Part shown: piece by piece, positions 1-8,621 of the stretch
How the letters are laid out: every line of letters starts with the position of its first letter
How positions within the stretch are numbered: position 1 is the first letter of the stretch
Assembly: GCA_965249485.1 (NCBI GenBank)
Contig: OZ252239.1
Coordinates: forward strand, 3,296,001-3,360,000
DNA: 64,000 nt
Source: a bacterium
GTDB taxonomy: Bacteria > SM23-31
Direction: 5' to 3'
Translations under genes and position numbers: made by a program
The notes under the pieces: generated by a model
The model's input: the letters and a program-made list of their open reading frames with translations, nothing else
Told to the model about the DNA's origin: nothing
The model's database searches: none

Positions 1-2
1 AG

Positions 3-854
3 AGTTCGATATATTGCACCCCCGGTTTTAATGCACTGAAATTTTTTGCATGGATGGAGGAATCAAATCCATCATGGTATACAGCTGTTCCTACCATGCA
101 CCAGGCAATTCTTGGCCGAGCTGGCAGGAATAAGGATATTATCGAAAATAGTAGGCTTCGGTTTGTTCGTTCATCTTCCGCTTCTCTGCCTCCACAAGTT
201 ATGGACACACTTGAGAAAACATTTCATGTTCCGGTCATTGAAGCATACGGAATGACGGAAGCGGCCCACCAAATGGCAAGCAACCCTTTACCACCGCTTG
301 ACCGTAAACCCGGTACAGTAGGACTTGCTGCCGGTCCGGATATATCGATAATGAAGGAAAACGGGGAATTGCTTCCTCCAGATACTATCGGTGAAGTTGT
401 AATTCGCGGTGAAAATGTCACCGATGGATACAAAAACAATCCTGATGCAAATAATGATTCCTTCATAAACGGTTGGTTCAGGACCGGGGACCAAGGTGTC
501 ATAGATTCCGAAGGTTATCTGCGTCTAACAGGAAGATTAAAGGAAATAATAAACAGGGGCGGTGAGAAAATATCCCCTCGGGAAGTCGACGAAGTGTTGA
601 TAGATCACCCGGCAGTAAAACAGGCAGTGACTTTTGCATTACCTCATGAAAAACTTGGAGAGGATGTTGCCGCTGCCGTGGTTCTGAAAGAGAATGTGAC
701 CGCTACAGATAAAGAAATCCGGGAATTTGCCCGCAGCAAACTTGCGGATTTCAAAGTGCCGCGAAAAGTAATATTCCTGGATGAAATACCAAAAGGACCT
801 ACCGGGAAATTACAAAGAATAGGTCTAGCAGAAAAACTTGGTCTTACCTCTTAA
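3..854 (+). CDS. AMP-dependent acyl-CoA synthetase, oxalate--CoA ligase-like (5' partial; frame open to window start)
   Basis: Adenylate-forming motifs [27 protein letters not shown] and [17 protein letters not shown] and [11 protein letters not shown] resemble the Pcs60/AAE3 oxalyl-CoA synthetase group. Confidence 0.85.
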   Translation, partial: SSIYCTPGFNALKFFAWMEESNPSWYTAVPTMHQAILGRAGRNKDIIENSRLRFVRSSSASLPPQVMDTLEKTFHVPVIEAYGMTEAAHQMASNPLPPLDRKPGTVGLAAGPDISIMKENGELLPPDTIGEVVIRGENVTDGYKNNPDANNDSFINGWFRTGDQGVIDSEGYLRLTGRLKEIINRGGEKISPREVDEVLIDHPAVKQAVTFALPHEKLGEDVAAAVVLKENVTATDKEIREFARSKLADFKVPRKVIFLDEIPKGPTGKLQRIGLAEKLGLTS

Positions 855-881
855 AATAGATCTTGAATTCATATCCGGAAT

Positions 882-1859
882 TTGTTTATAAAAATAAAAA
901 TCTGCATATACGGAGCTGGTGCTATCGGAGCATATCTGGGAGCATTGTTGAAACTATCGGGTAACGATGTAACATTAATTGCACGTGGACCTCATCTTGA
1001 GGCTATGACAAAAAACGGTTTGACTCTAATTTCGGAGGATGAGGAAAAAGTTGTTGATATCAGGTGTACTGATAAACCTGAAGATGTAGGGCCGCAGGAT
1101 TATGTATTTATCACTTTAAAAGCCCACTCCGTACTTCCCATTGTCGACAGCTTGCTGCCTCTTCTGGATAAGAATACAGCTATTGTTACAGCACAAAACG
1201 GGATTTTATGGTGGTATTTCTATAAACTGCAAGGCGCCTGGGAAAATCAACACATTGAATGCGCCGATCCCGGAAGAAAAATCTGGGATACAATTGGACC
1301 CGAAAGAGCTATAGGGTGTGTTGTATATCCTTCATGCGAGATAGTCGAACCCGGTGTGGTAAAACACATCGACGGTAAAAGATTTATGGTCGGAGAGCCC
1401 GACGGCTCAAAATCTCCACGCGTCACCACATTAAGCAAATTGTTAATGTTGGCCGGCTTAAAAGCACCTGTCCGGACCAAAATCAGAGATGATATTTGGT
1501 TGAAACTATGGGGAAATGTTTCTTTTAATCCCGTCAGTGTCCTTACGTTAGGTACACTTGAGCAGATGTGCAGTAATGAAGGGACAAGAAAAGTAATCAG
1601 GGATATTATGCTTGAGGCTCAAGCAGTAGCCGAAAAACTCGGTGTGAAATTTCCAGTAGATGTGGATACACGAATAAAATGGGGTGAGGATGTGGGAAAC
1701 CATAAAACTTCCATGCTTCAGGACCTTGAAAAAGGCAGGCCAATGGAGATTGATTCTCTCGTCAGTGCAGTATCTGAAATAGGTAAACTAGTTGACGTAG
1801 ATACTTCGACATTAGATACCGTTTTAGGACTTGTCAGGTTAAGAGCTGAACTCACGTAG
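882..1859 (+). CDS. panE: 2-dehydropantoate 2-reductase family protein (PanE2 / oxalyl-CoA reductase-like)
   Basis: KICIYGAGAIG Rossmann start, AQNG, WLKLWGNVSFNP and KTSMLQDLEKGRPMEID motifs. Start uncertain (TTG, or ATA where ATG is expected). Confidence 0.85.
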   Translation: MFIKIKICIYGAGAIGAYLGALLKLSGNDVTLIARGPHLEAMTKNGLTLISEDEEKVVDIRCTDKPEDVGPQDYVFITLKAHSVLPIVDSLLPLLDKNTAIVTAQNGILWWYFYKLQGAWENQHIECADPGRKIWDTIGPERAIGCVVYPSCEIVEPGVVKHIDGKRFMVGEPDGSKSPRVTTLSKLLMLAGLKAPVRTKIRDDIWLKLWGNVSFNPVSVLTLGTLEQMCSNEGTRKVIRDIMLEAQAVAEKLGVKFPVDVDTRIKWGEDVGNHKTSMLQDLEKGRPMEIDSLVSAVSEIGKLVDVDTSTLDTVLGLVRLRAELT

Positions 1860-1919
1860 TAACAAAAATAATTCAAAGAAGTTTTTATTAAACGTCTATT
1901 TAATAATCAACATGTGTAA

Positions 1920-3398
1920 ATGTCAGAAATAAATAAAGATATTGAAAAATTAGAAATCCCTAATATGTTCTGGGGAAGCCTGCTGGTTTATTTCGGACCG
2001 GGTATAATATTAATGATGACTGGAGTTGGGACCAGTCATTTAGTGACAGCGCCTACAGCAGGAGGCAGGTTTGCTTATGCATTGCTCTGGTGCCTTCCCG
2101 CAGCTTATATATTTAAATACTACGGTTTCGAAATGGCTTTCCGATTTACTAATGCAACAGGTAAAAGTATGATTGAAGCTTATGCAACTGCCTGGAAGAA
2201 ATGGCCTTTATGGTATGTTATGTTCACCACTTTATTACAATGCGCAGTGGGTCAATCAGGTAGGCTGATCGCAGCTTCAGCAGTACTATACTACTTTTTC
2301 CAGGTGGCGTTCGGTCTTGAAATACATATGGCGATTTTTGGAATAATATTGGGAATATCTTCAATTTTGATCATTTTGAAAGGGAACTATTCAGCAATTG
2401 AATTATCAGCCAAAATTGCAGCAGGAATACTTTTTGTGTCCACGATTGCGGTTTATTTTGTGAAACCTGCTCCATTCTCGGAATTTAACCATTTTTTCAT
2501 ATTCGATACACCGGCGGGTTCATGGTTGATAATTGCCGGATTTCTCGGTTTGTTACCTACAGGGATCGATGTTTCATTACAAGCTTCGGAATGGGGAAAA
2601 GCAAAAAAAGTCGGATTATGCAGGATTCGTGAGCCGTTGGAAAATATCGGAATTGCTAAAGTTTTTGATCCGTTTTCGTCTAAGAAAGAGGATCTTTCAG
2701 TCGATTTAAGTAAGGTCCATCCCCATGGACAGGAATATTGTACTAAATGGTTCAAGATCGGATTATGGGATTTCCGGTTAGGTCATATTATTTCTTTTAT
2801 AATAGGCTGTGTCTTTTTACTCCTTGCGGCTGTTTGGTTATACCCGAGTACAGTTGAAGGAAGAGGGGTTATGGGAGAAATCGCAAGAATATTCACCGAC
2901 AGTGTCGGTCCCTGGATGATGGTAGTATTTCTCATTGGAGCTTTCGCAGCAACGTATTCGACAGCATTTAACTATTTCGATGGATGGCCAAGAATTGTCG
3001 CAGCATGCAGCAGGAATATTTTCAGGTCAACATATAATTTCAGGGGAATCAATAAAAAAGATTTAACAACCGATTTAAAGAAAAAGTGGTATTCGGAATA
3101 TAATATATACCGGATTACAATGTTATATTCGCTCATTGCTTCCGTCCTAATTATTATCGGCTTTGAACGACCTGTAGAACTTGTTCTCATGGCATCTGCC
3201 CTTGCATATTTTATTGCCCCGGTAATTTTCTTTCTGAATCTTTACTATTGTTTTACAGTGATCCCAAAAAAGGATAAAGTATTTTATCCCTCGAAATTTG
3301 CTACATGGTTCGGCTGGGGAAGTTTTATAATATTTACTGGTTTCAGTATTATCCTGATTTTAGCCGCTATATTTAAATTTCCTCTTTTTGGCGCTTAA
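1920..3398 (+). CDS. Nramp-like / APC-fold membrane transporter
   Basis: About 11 hydrophobic segments; FGPGIILMMTGVGTSHL N-terminal motif and FAATYST typical of Nramp-related transporters. Confidence 0.7.
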   Translation: MSEINKDIEKLEIPNMFWGSLLVYFGPGIILMMTGVGTSHLVTAPTAGGRFAYALLWCLPAAYIFKYYGFEMAFRFTNATGKSMIEAYATAWKKWPLWYVMFTTLLQCAVGQSGRLIAASAVLYYFFQVAFGLEIHMAIFGIILGISSILIILKGNYSAIELSAKIAAGILFVSTIAVYFVKPAPFSEFNHFFIFDTPAGSWLIIAGFLGLLPTGIDVSLQASEWGKAKKVGLCRIREPLENIGIAKVFDPFSSKKEDLSVDLSKVHPHGQEYCTKWFKIGLWDFRLGHIISFIIGCVFLLLAAVWLYPSTVEGRGVMGEIARIFTDSVGPWMMVVFLIGAFAATYSTAFNYFDGWPRIVAACSRNIFRSTYNFRGINKKDLTTDLKKKWYSEYNIYRITMLYSLIASVLIIIGFERPVELVLMASALAYFIAPVIFFLNLYYCFTVIPKKDKVFYPSKFATWFGWGSFIIFTGFSIILILAAIFKFPLFGA

Positions 3399-3639
3399 TA
3401 ACGTAATATTCATTCCTTTTAATGTTATAAAGATCATATCCAAAGATCATTCGGTTCTTAAGGCATTTACTTGGTTGCATTGGTGTTGGGTTCATTGCTT
3501 GTCCAGGCAAATTCATTCATGTTTTTGAATACTAATTTCTTTTTTCTTATGTTTTTTTCATGTATACTATAAGTAAATTGTATCACTTTACTTATTCATT
3601 CGTTCTCCTCCACATAATTTCAATATAAAGGTCTGCACT

Positions 3640-4173
3640 ATGCACGCACTGTGTCAGCATATTGATTCCCGTATGGAGCCTGTCAGAAAACTGGTAACCG
3701 GATTTATCATTACCGTTTTTGCAATTCAGGTAATAGTTGTGTTCAGTCAGGTAGTCTGGCGTTTTGTTTTCAATAATCCATTTTCATGGTCGGAAGAGTT
3801 AGCCAGGTACATTCAAGTCTGGATGATTCTCTTAACAGCATCGATATGTATCAGAAAAGGGAAGCATCTCGCTGTTGACTATATTACACATGCATTACCG
3901 TTCCGGTTTTCGAAATCATTGAGAATTATCACGTCGACATTCACCATGATCTTTACGATTGTGGTCATTGTTTTTGGAATTCAAATGCTCACTATCACTC
4001 TTAATGAAATGACGCCGGCTCTTCGTATTTCGATATCAATTATATATATGGCATTTCCTTTAGCCGGTTTTTTAATGTTCACTGAATCATTCATTGTTTT
4101 ACTCAAAACAATCGGTGCTGAGCAGGGAAGTGATATTTTTCCTTCGGAAGACACTGAAGAACACATGAGGTAA
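3640..4173 (+). CDS. dctQ: TRAP transporter small permease
   Basis: 4 TM segments, WSEELARY and HLAVD motifs, directly upstream of dctM. Confidence 0.9.
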   Translation: MHALCQHIDSRMEPVRKLVTGFIITVFAIQVIVVFSQVVWRFVFNNPFSWSEELARYIQVWMILLTASICIRKGKHLAVDYITHALPFRFSKSLRIITSTFTMIFTIVVIVFGIQMLTITLNEMTPALRISISIIYMAFPLAGFLMFTESFIVLLKTIGAEQGSDIFPSEDTEEHMR

Positions 4174-4179
4174 AACTCT

Positions 4180-5463
4180 ATGGTGGTTGTATTATTTATA
4201 GCAATTGTTCTCCTTCTCTTAATCGGTACTCCGATTGCGTTTGCAATGGGTGCGGGATCGCTGTTGGCTCTGTTGTGGGACGGATCGCTTCCGTTGACTA
4301 TCATCACGCAAAGAATGTTTATCGGAATCGATTCTTGGTTACTTATGGCTATACCCTTATTTATGCTTGCCGGCCAGTTGATGACTTCCGGAGGAATGTC
4401 TAAACGGCTTATTGATTTTTCTTCAGAGCTTTTCTCCTTTGTTCGGGGAAGTCTCGGAATGATCAGCGTTGCAGCATCAATGATATTCGCTGGAGTTTCC
4501 GGATCGTCTGTTGCGAGTACTGCAGCTATCGGATCTATAATGCTACCAAGCATGAAAGAAAAGGGATACAACATGAATTTCGCTACTGCGCTTCAGGCGG
4601 CAGCGGGGGCAATCGGACCAGTCATCCCTCCGAGCCTCATGATGATTCTTATTGGATTCTTGACTAACACATCGACAGTTGCCTTGTTTCTTGGTGGAAT
4701 TGTGCCAGGTGTTCTAATCGGATTTGGTCTCATGATTGTTGTTTATTTCCATGCATTGAAGGGTGGTGATGCATATATTCCATCCGGTGAAGCATTCAGC
4801 TTTAAACGTGTTTTTACAAGCGGATTTGTTGCCCTCCCCGCCCTCGGTCTTCCATTTATTATTATATACGGAATTCTGGCAGGAATTTTTACGGTAACGG
4901 AAGCGGCAGTTGTTGCGGTCGTGTATGGTTTTGTTGTTGGAATGTTTGTGTATAAGGAAATTAAACTGAAGGACATCCCCGATATTTTCATGAAAGCTGC
5001 AGAACTTGCTACTATCATTTTGTTTATACAGGCCACAACCGCGATATTTGCATGGCTTATTACAGTAAACGAAGTTCCGGAGACGCTTGCCGGTATCCTG
5101 CTTGCAAATGTTACAAGTAAATATGTGTTCTACATCCTCTATATTATTCTGTTAATTATGGTCGGGATGGTAATGGAAAGTTTTTCGGCATCAATTGTAC
5201 TTATACCACTTGTATTTCCACTTGCCCGGCAATTCGGTGTTGACCCTGTACACTTTGGCGTCATAACGACTGTCGGCTGGGCTATTGGCTATATCACACC
5301 ACCATTCGGTGTGACGCTGTTCGTGTCGTGCAGCTTGACAAATAAAAGTATTCGGGAAATTACACCCTATATTCTCCCCATTACGTTTTCAATGCTCATT
5401 GTGCTAATAATCATTACATTTTTTCCGGCAATCGTTCTGTGGATTCCGAACATGTTTCAATAA
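4180..5463 (+). CDS. dctM: TRAP transporter large permease
   Basis: AIPLFMLAG, FAGVSGSS, IGPVIPPS, GVDPVHFG and ITPPFG motifs. Confidence 0.95.
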   Translation: MVVVLFIAIVLLLLIGTPIAFAMGAGSLLALLWDGSLPLTIITQRMFIGIDSWLLMAIPLFMLAGQLMTSGGMSKRLIDFSSELFSFVRGSLGMISVAASMIFAGVSGSSVASTAAIGSIMLPSMKEKGYNMNFATALQAAAGAIGPVIPPSLMMILIGFLTNTSTVALFLGGIVPGVLIGFGLMIVVYFHALKGGDAYIPSGEAFSFKRVFTSGFVALPALGLPFIIIYGILAGIFTVTEAAVVAVVYGFVVGMFVYKEIKLKDIPDIFMKAAELATIILFIQATTAIFAWLITVNEVPETLAGILLANVTSKYVFYILYIILLIMVGMVMESFSASIVLIPLVFPLARQFGVDPVHFGVITTVGWAIGYITPPFGVTLFVSCSLTNKSIREITPYILPITFSMLIVLIIITFFPAIVLWIPNMFQ

Positions 5464-5502
5464 GAAACAGTTAAAACAGTGTTATTATGGAGACATAATT
5501 GA

Positions 5503-6501
5503 ATGAATTTTTCTTCAAAAACAATCTATATATTAGTCACGTTCCTGTTTTTAATCGGATGCAAAAACAGTGATGACGATGTGTTTTTTATGAAGATTGA
5601 CTCTCCGGGAGCACGTGAGGAACCGGGATCGCAGGCGCTATTCAAATATGCCGAACTCGTGAATGAACGGTCTCAGGGAAGAATTCGGGCAAAAGTTTTT
5701 GCAGCCAATGCTCTCGGTATGAATCGTGATGTCAGCGAAGGGCTGCAGCTTGGTACTGTTGAAGTCCAGATGGCCTCAAGTTCGCCTCTTGCGGCTTTTG
5801 TTCCATCTATGAATATTTTTGAATTACCGTTCCTCTTTGAAAACAATGAACATATGTTTGCGGTACTTGACTCGGAAATCGGACAAAGCTTCATACCCGA
5901 ATTGGAAGAGCAGGGATTCCATTTGCTCGGATATTTTACGTTTGGTGTACGGCATATAATGTCAACTGATAGACCGATTCACTCAATTGCTGATATGGAA
6001 GGGTTGAAAATTCGGACAATGGAGAGTACTCCGCATCTTGATGCATTCAAGTCCTTCGGCGCAAATCCTCTTCCGATGGCATATAATGAGCTCTTCCTTG
6101 CTCTCCAAACCGGTATGATTGATGGTGCGGAAGCGGCAAACTCAAACTATTATTCAAAAAGGTTTTTTGAAGTCGCCCCATATTGGGCACAGATCGGTTG
6201 GCTGAGACTTGTTGCGCCGGTCATCATGAGTAAGAATTTCTATGATAGTTTGCCAGCCGATCTGCAGCAGGTCGTCGATGAATCGCTGAAAGAGCTTGAA
6301 ACATACGAACGAGACCTGTACACTGCAGTTGATGAACAACGTCTCGAAGATTTGAAAGCCGCTGGCGTTACAATAACGTATCCTGACCGAGAAGAATTTT
6401 TCAAAGCGGCCCGTCCAGTGTATGACAAGTGGGCGGACACTATCGGTGGATGGGATAAAATCAATCAAATCCTTGACTTTGATTACAAATCAACTCAATA
6501 A
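5503..6501 (+). CDS. dctP: TRAP transporter substrate-binding lipoprotein
   Basis: Lipobox LIGC; GLKIRTM and ELFLALQTGMIDGAE motifs. Confidence 0.9.
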   Translation: MNFSSKTIYILVTFLFLIGCKNSDDDVFFMKIDSPGAREEPGSQALFKYAELVNERSQGRIRAKVFAANALGMNRDVSEGLQLGTVEVQMASSSPLAAFVPSMNIFELPFLFENNEHMFAVLDSEIGQSFIPELEEQGFHLLGYFTFGVRHIMSTDRPIHSIADMEGLKIRTMESTPHLDAFKSFGANPLPMAYNELFLALQTGMIDGAEAANSNYYSKRFFEVAPYWAQIGWLRLVAPVIMSKNFYDSLPADLQQVVDESLKELETYERDLYTAVDEQRLEDLKAAGVTITYPDREEFFKAARPVYDKWADTIGGWDKINQILDFDYKSTQ

Positions 6502-6527
6502 AAAACTGTCGTAAAAAATTTCTTTAC

Positions 6528-7442
6528 ATGGTTATCGATTCTCATATTCATGCATTAAAAGCAGAAAAATTTGATGCTGTTACCGAAGCGCAGTTAGGTC
6601 ATAAACATCCTGAAGACACACCTATTGAACTGATAGTCACATGGCTCAGAGATGCGGGGGTAAAAAAAGCGGTCTTGATGGGTCAGGATATGACACGTAT
6701 GTGGAACTCCAACTGCGGTGAAGATTATATTCTTGATTGCATCAATAAGTATCCGGACTTATTTGTCGGTCTTGCTGCAATAGAAGCGGTCGACAAATGG
6801 GGGCGGTATAATAGACCAGCTTTAGAGTATTTCAAACGAGCCATTACGCAGTATGGCTATAAAGGGATTTTGTTGACACCACCCTACGGTCACTATGCAT
6901 CTGATGCACCGCAGGTATATCCATTCTATGAAGCAGCAGTTGAGCTTGATGTCATCGTTCAATATCACCACTGTGCTAATCCCGGGGGTATTTTTCTTGC
7001 TCCTTACAGGTATACATCACCCCAATCATTGAATAATGTACTCATCGATTTTCCCAGCATGAAAGTTGTCGTTGAGCACATCAATTATCCCTGGTATGAA
7101 GAGTTATTCTATATGATGATGAATCCTGATGTGACCGTCTACGCAGACCTTGCAATGACGTATAACCGTCCGCAACAGCTTACCTGGAATCTCGTGAAGG
7201 CGAAGGAATTGGGTGTCATTGATAAAATCATGTACGGTTCGGATTACTGGGTGTCAGGTTCCGGTGTTTTTTCCAATGATCCGGGTACCGACATGAAACG
7301 GTGGATTGAGCTTATCAGAACAGGACTGAACACTATAGCCCAAAAATGCGGCTGGCCGACATTTTCACAAGAGGAGATCGACGGTATCCTCTATAAAAAC
7401 GCGGCCAGATTGTACGGTTTTGATATTTCCGAACTAGGATGA
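6528..7442 (+). CDS. Amidohydrolase family protein (Amidohydro_2 type)
   Basis: IDSHIH metal motif, VVEH and IMYGSDY, C-terminal ILYKNAARL. Confidence 0.85.
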   Translation: MVIDSHIHALKAEKFDAVTEAQLGHKHPEDTPIELIVTWLRDAGVKKAVLMGQDMTRMWNSNCGEDYILDCINKYPDLFVGLAAIEAVDKWGRYNRPALEYFKRAITQYGYKGILLTPPYGHYASDAPQVYPFYEAAVELDVIVQYHHCANPGGIFLAPYRYTSPQSLNNVLIDFPSMKVVVEHINYPWYEELFYMMMNPDVTVYADLAMTYNRPQQLTWNLVKAKELGVIDKIMYGSDYWVSGSGVFSNDPGTDMKRWIELIRTGLNTIAQKCGWPTFSQEEIDGILYKNAARLYGFDISELG

Positions 7443-7449
7443 TGATTGG

Positions 7450-8562
7450 TTAGATTAATTCTTGAATCAATTCATCAATCAGACCCAGACCCGTAACAAA
7501 ATAACTCTTTTCGGGTCCGATTCCAATTCTGATGTACCCATCCATTCCAAAATTGTCACCGGCGATAATGAGCACCTTTTTCTCGTTTCTGAGACGTGTC
7601 ACGAATTCCGTGGAATTAATGTCCATTGTATATTTGAGAAACGCCATGCCGCCTGCCTGAGGCGGAATGAACGAAAAGAACTCTTTTCTTTCATTTACCC
7701 AGCTGGTAAGAATTGCTAAATTTTCATTCAGAATATCATGGCTGCGGCTCAGCACTTTTGTTCTCATATTCGGGTGAAGAACAAGAGTTGCAATTTTGTT
7801 GCTAAGGATATTCGAAGCAATAGTAGTGTAATCGTGGTAAGCCCAGGCATCCTCAATAAACGTCTTAGGGCCAACCATCCATCCGATACGCAGACCTGGC
7901 AGCGCATACGCTTTGGAAAGACCGCCGTTGACGATAACCTTTTCATATCTTCCTACAAACGACTTTGATTCATCTTCATTCAACTCTGCTCCGCGGTAAA
8001 TTTCATCAGCATATACATACGCACCGACTTCAGAGGCGATACGGGCAATACCATCCATTGATTCCTCACTAAGCCGATGACCGGTCGGATTGTTCGGATT
8101 ACATACCGCAATCACTTTAGTTTTGTTGTTAACTAATTTCTTTATTTCGTCCAGATCGGGTTCCCAGTTGAATTCCTGCCGCAGATAAAACGGTTTTACT
8201 TCATTTTTGAAACCACGTGCAATTCCCCAGAGCTGCTGATAATTTGGAAGCATGTAAACCATTTCATCACCAGGTTCCAAAAGACTCCATGTAGCGATAA
8301 AATTCGATTCTGCTGAACCCGTTGTTACGAGCACATTGTTGAGATCACTATCCTTATAAAGACGGCCAATTGATTCACGAAGTACTATAGAACCATTCGT
8401 CTGACCGTAACCAAGACGGATCGAATGCAGCTTTTCAATCTCCTCTTTTGGCAGTAATTCTTCAAGCGTATACGGGTGTATTCCGCTTTCTGTCAGATTA
8501 TAGTCCACTCTATTTTCCCATATAGACTGAATTCGTTCAAGATCAAATATTTCAACCTTCAT
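7450..8562 (-). CDS. PLP-dependent aminotransferase class I/II
   Basis: CNPNNPTG, ADEIY and GLSKAYALPGLRIGW (PLP lysine) motifs. Confidence 0.9.
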   Translation of the reverse strand: MKVEIFDLERIQSIWENRVDYNLTESGIHPYTLEELLPKEEIEKLHSIRLGYGQTNGSIVLRESIGRLYKDSDLNNVLVTTGSAESNFIATWSLLEPGDEMVYMLPNYQQLWGIARGFKNEVKPFYLRQEFNWEPDLDEIKKLVNNKTKVIAVCNPNNPTGHRLSEESMDGIARIASEVGAYVYADEIYRGAELNEDESKSFVGRYEKVIVNGGLSKAYALPGLRIGWMVGPKTFIEDAWAYHDYTTIASNILSNKIATLVLHPNMRTKVLSRSHDILNENLAILTSWVNERKEFFSFIPPQAGGMAFLKYTMDINSTEFVTRLRNEKKVLIIAGDNFGMDGYIRIGIGPEKSYFVTGLGLIDELIQELI

Positions 8563-8621
8563 GTAAACACCTACCCAATCTTAAATGTAAATAGTACTTA
8601 ATATATTGTTTTAACTATTAA

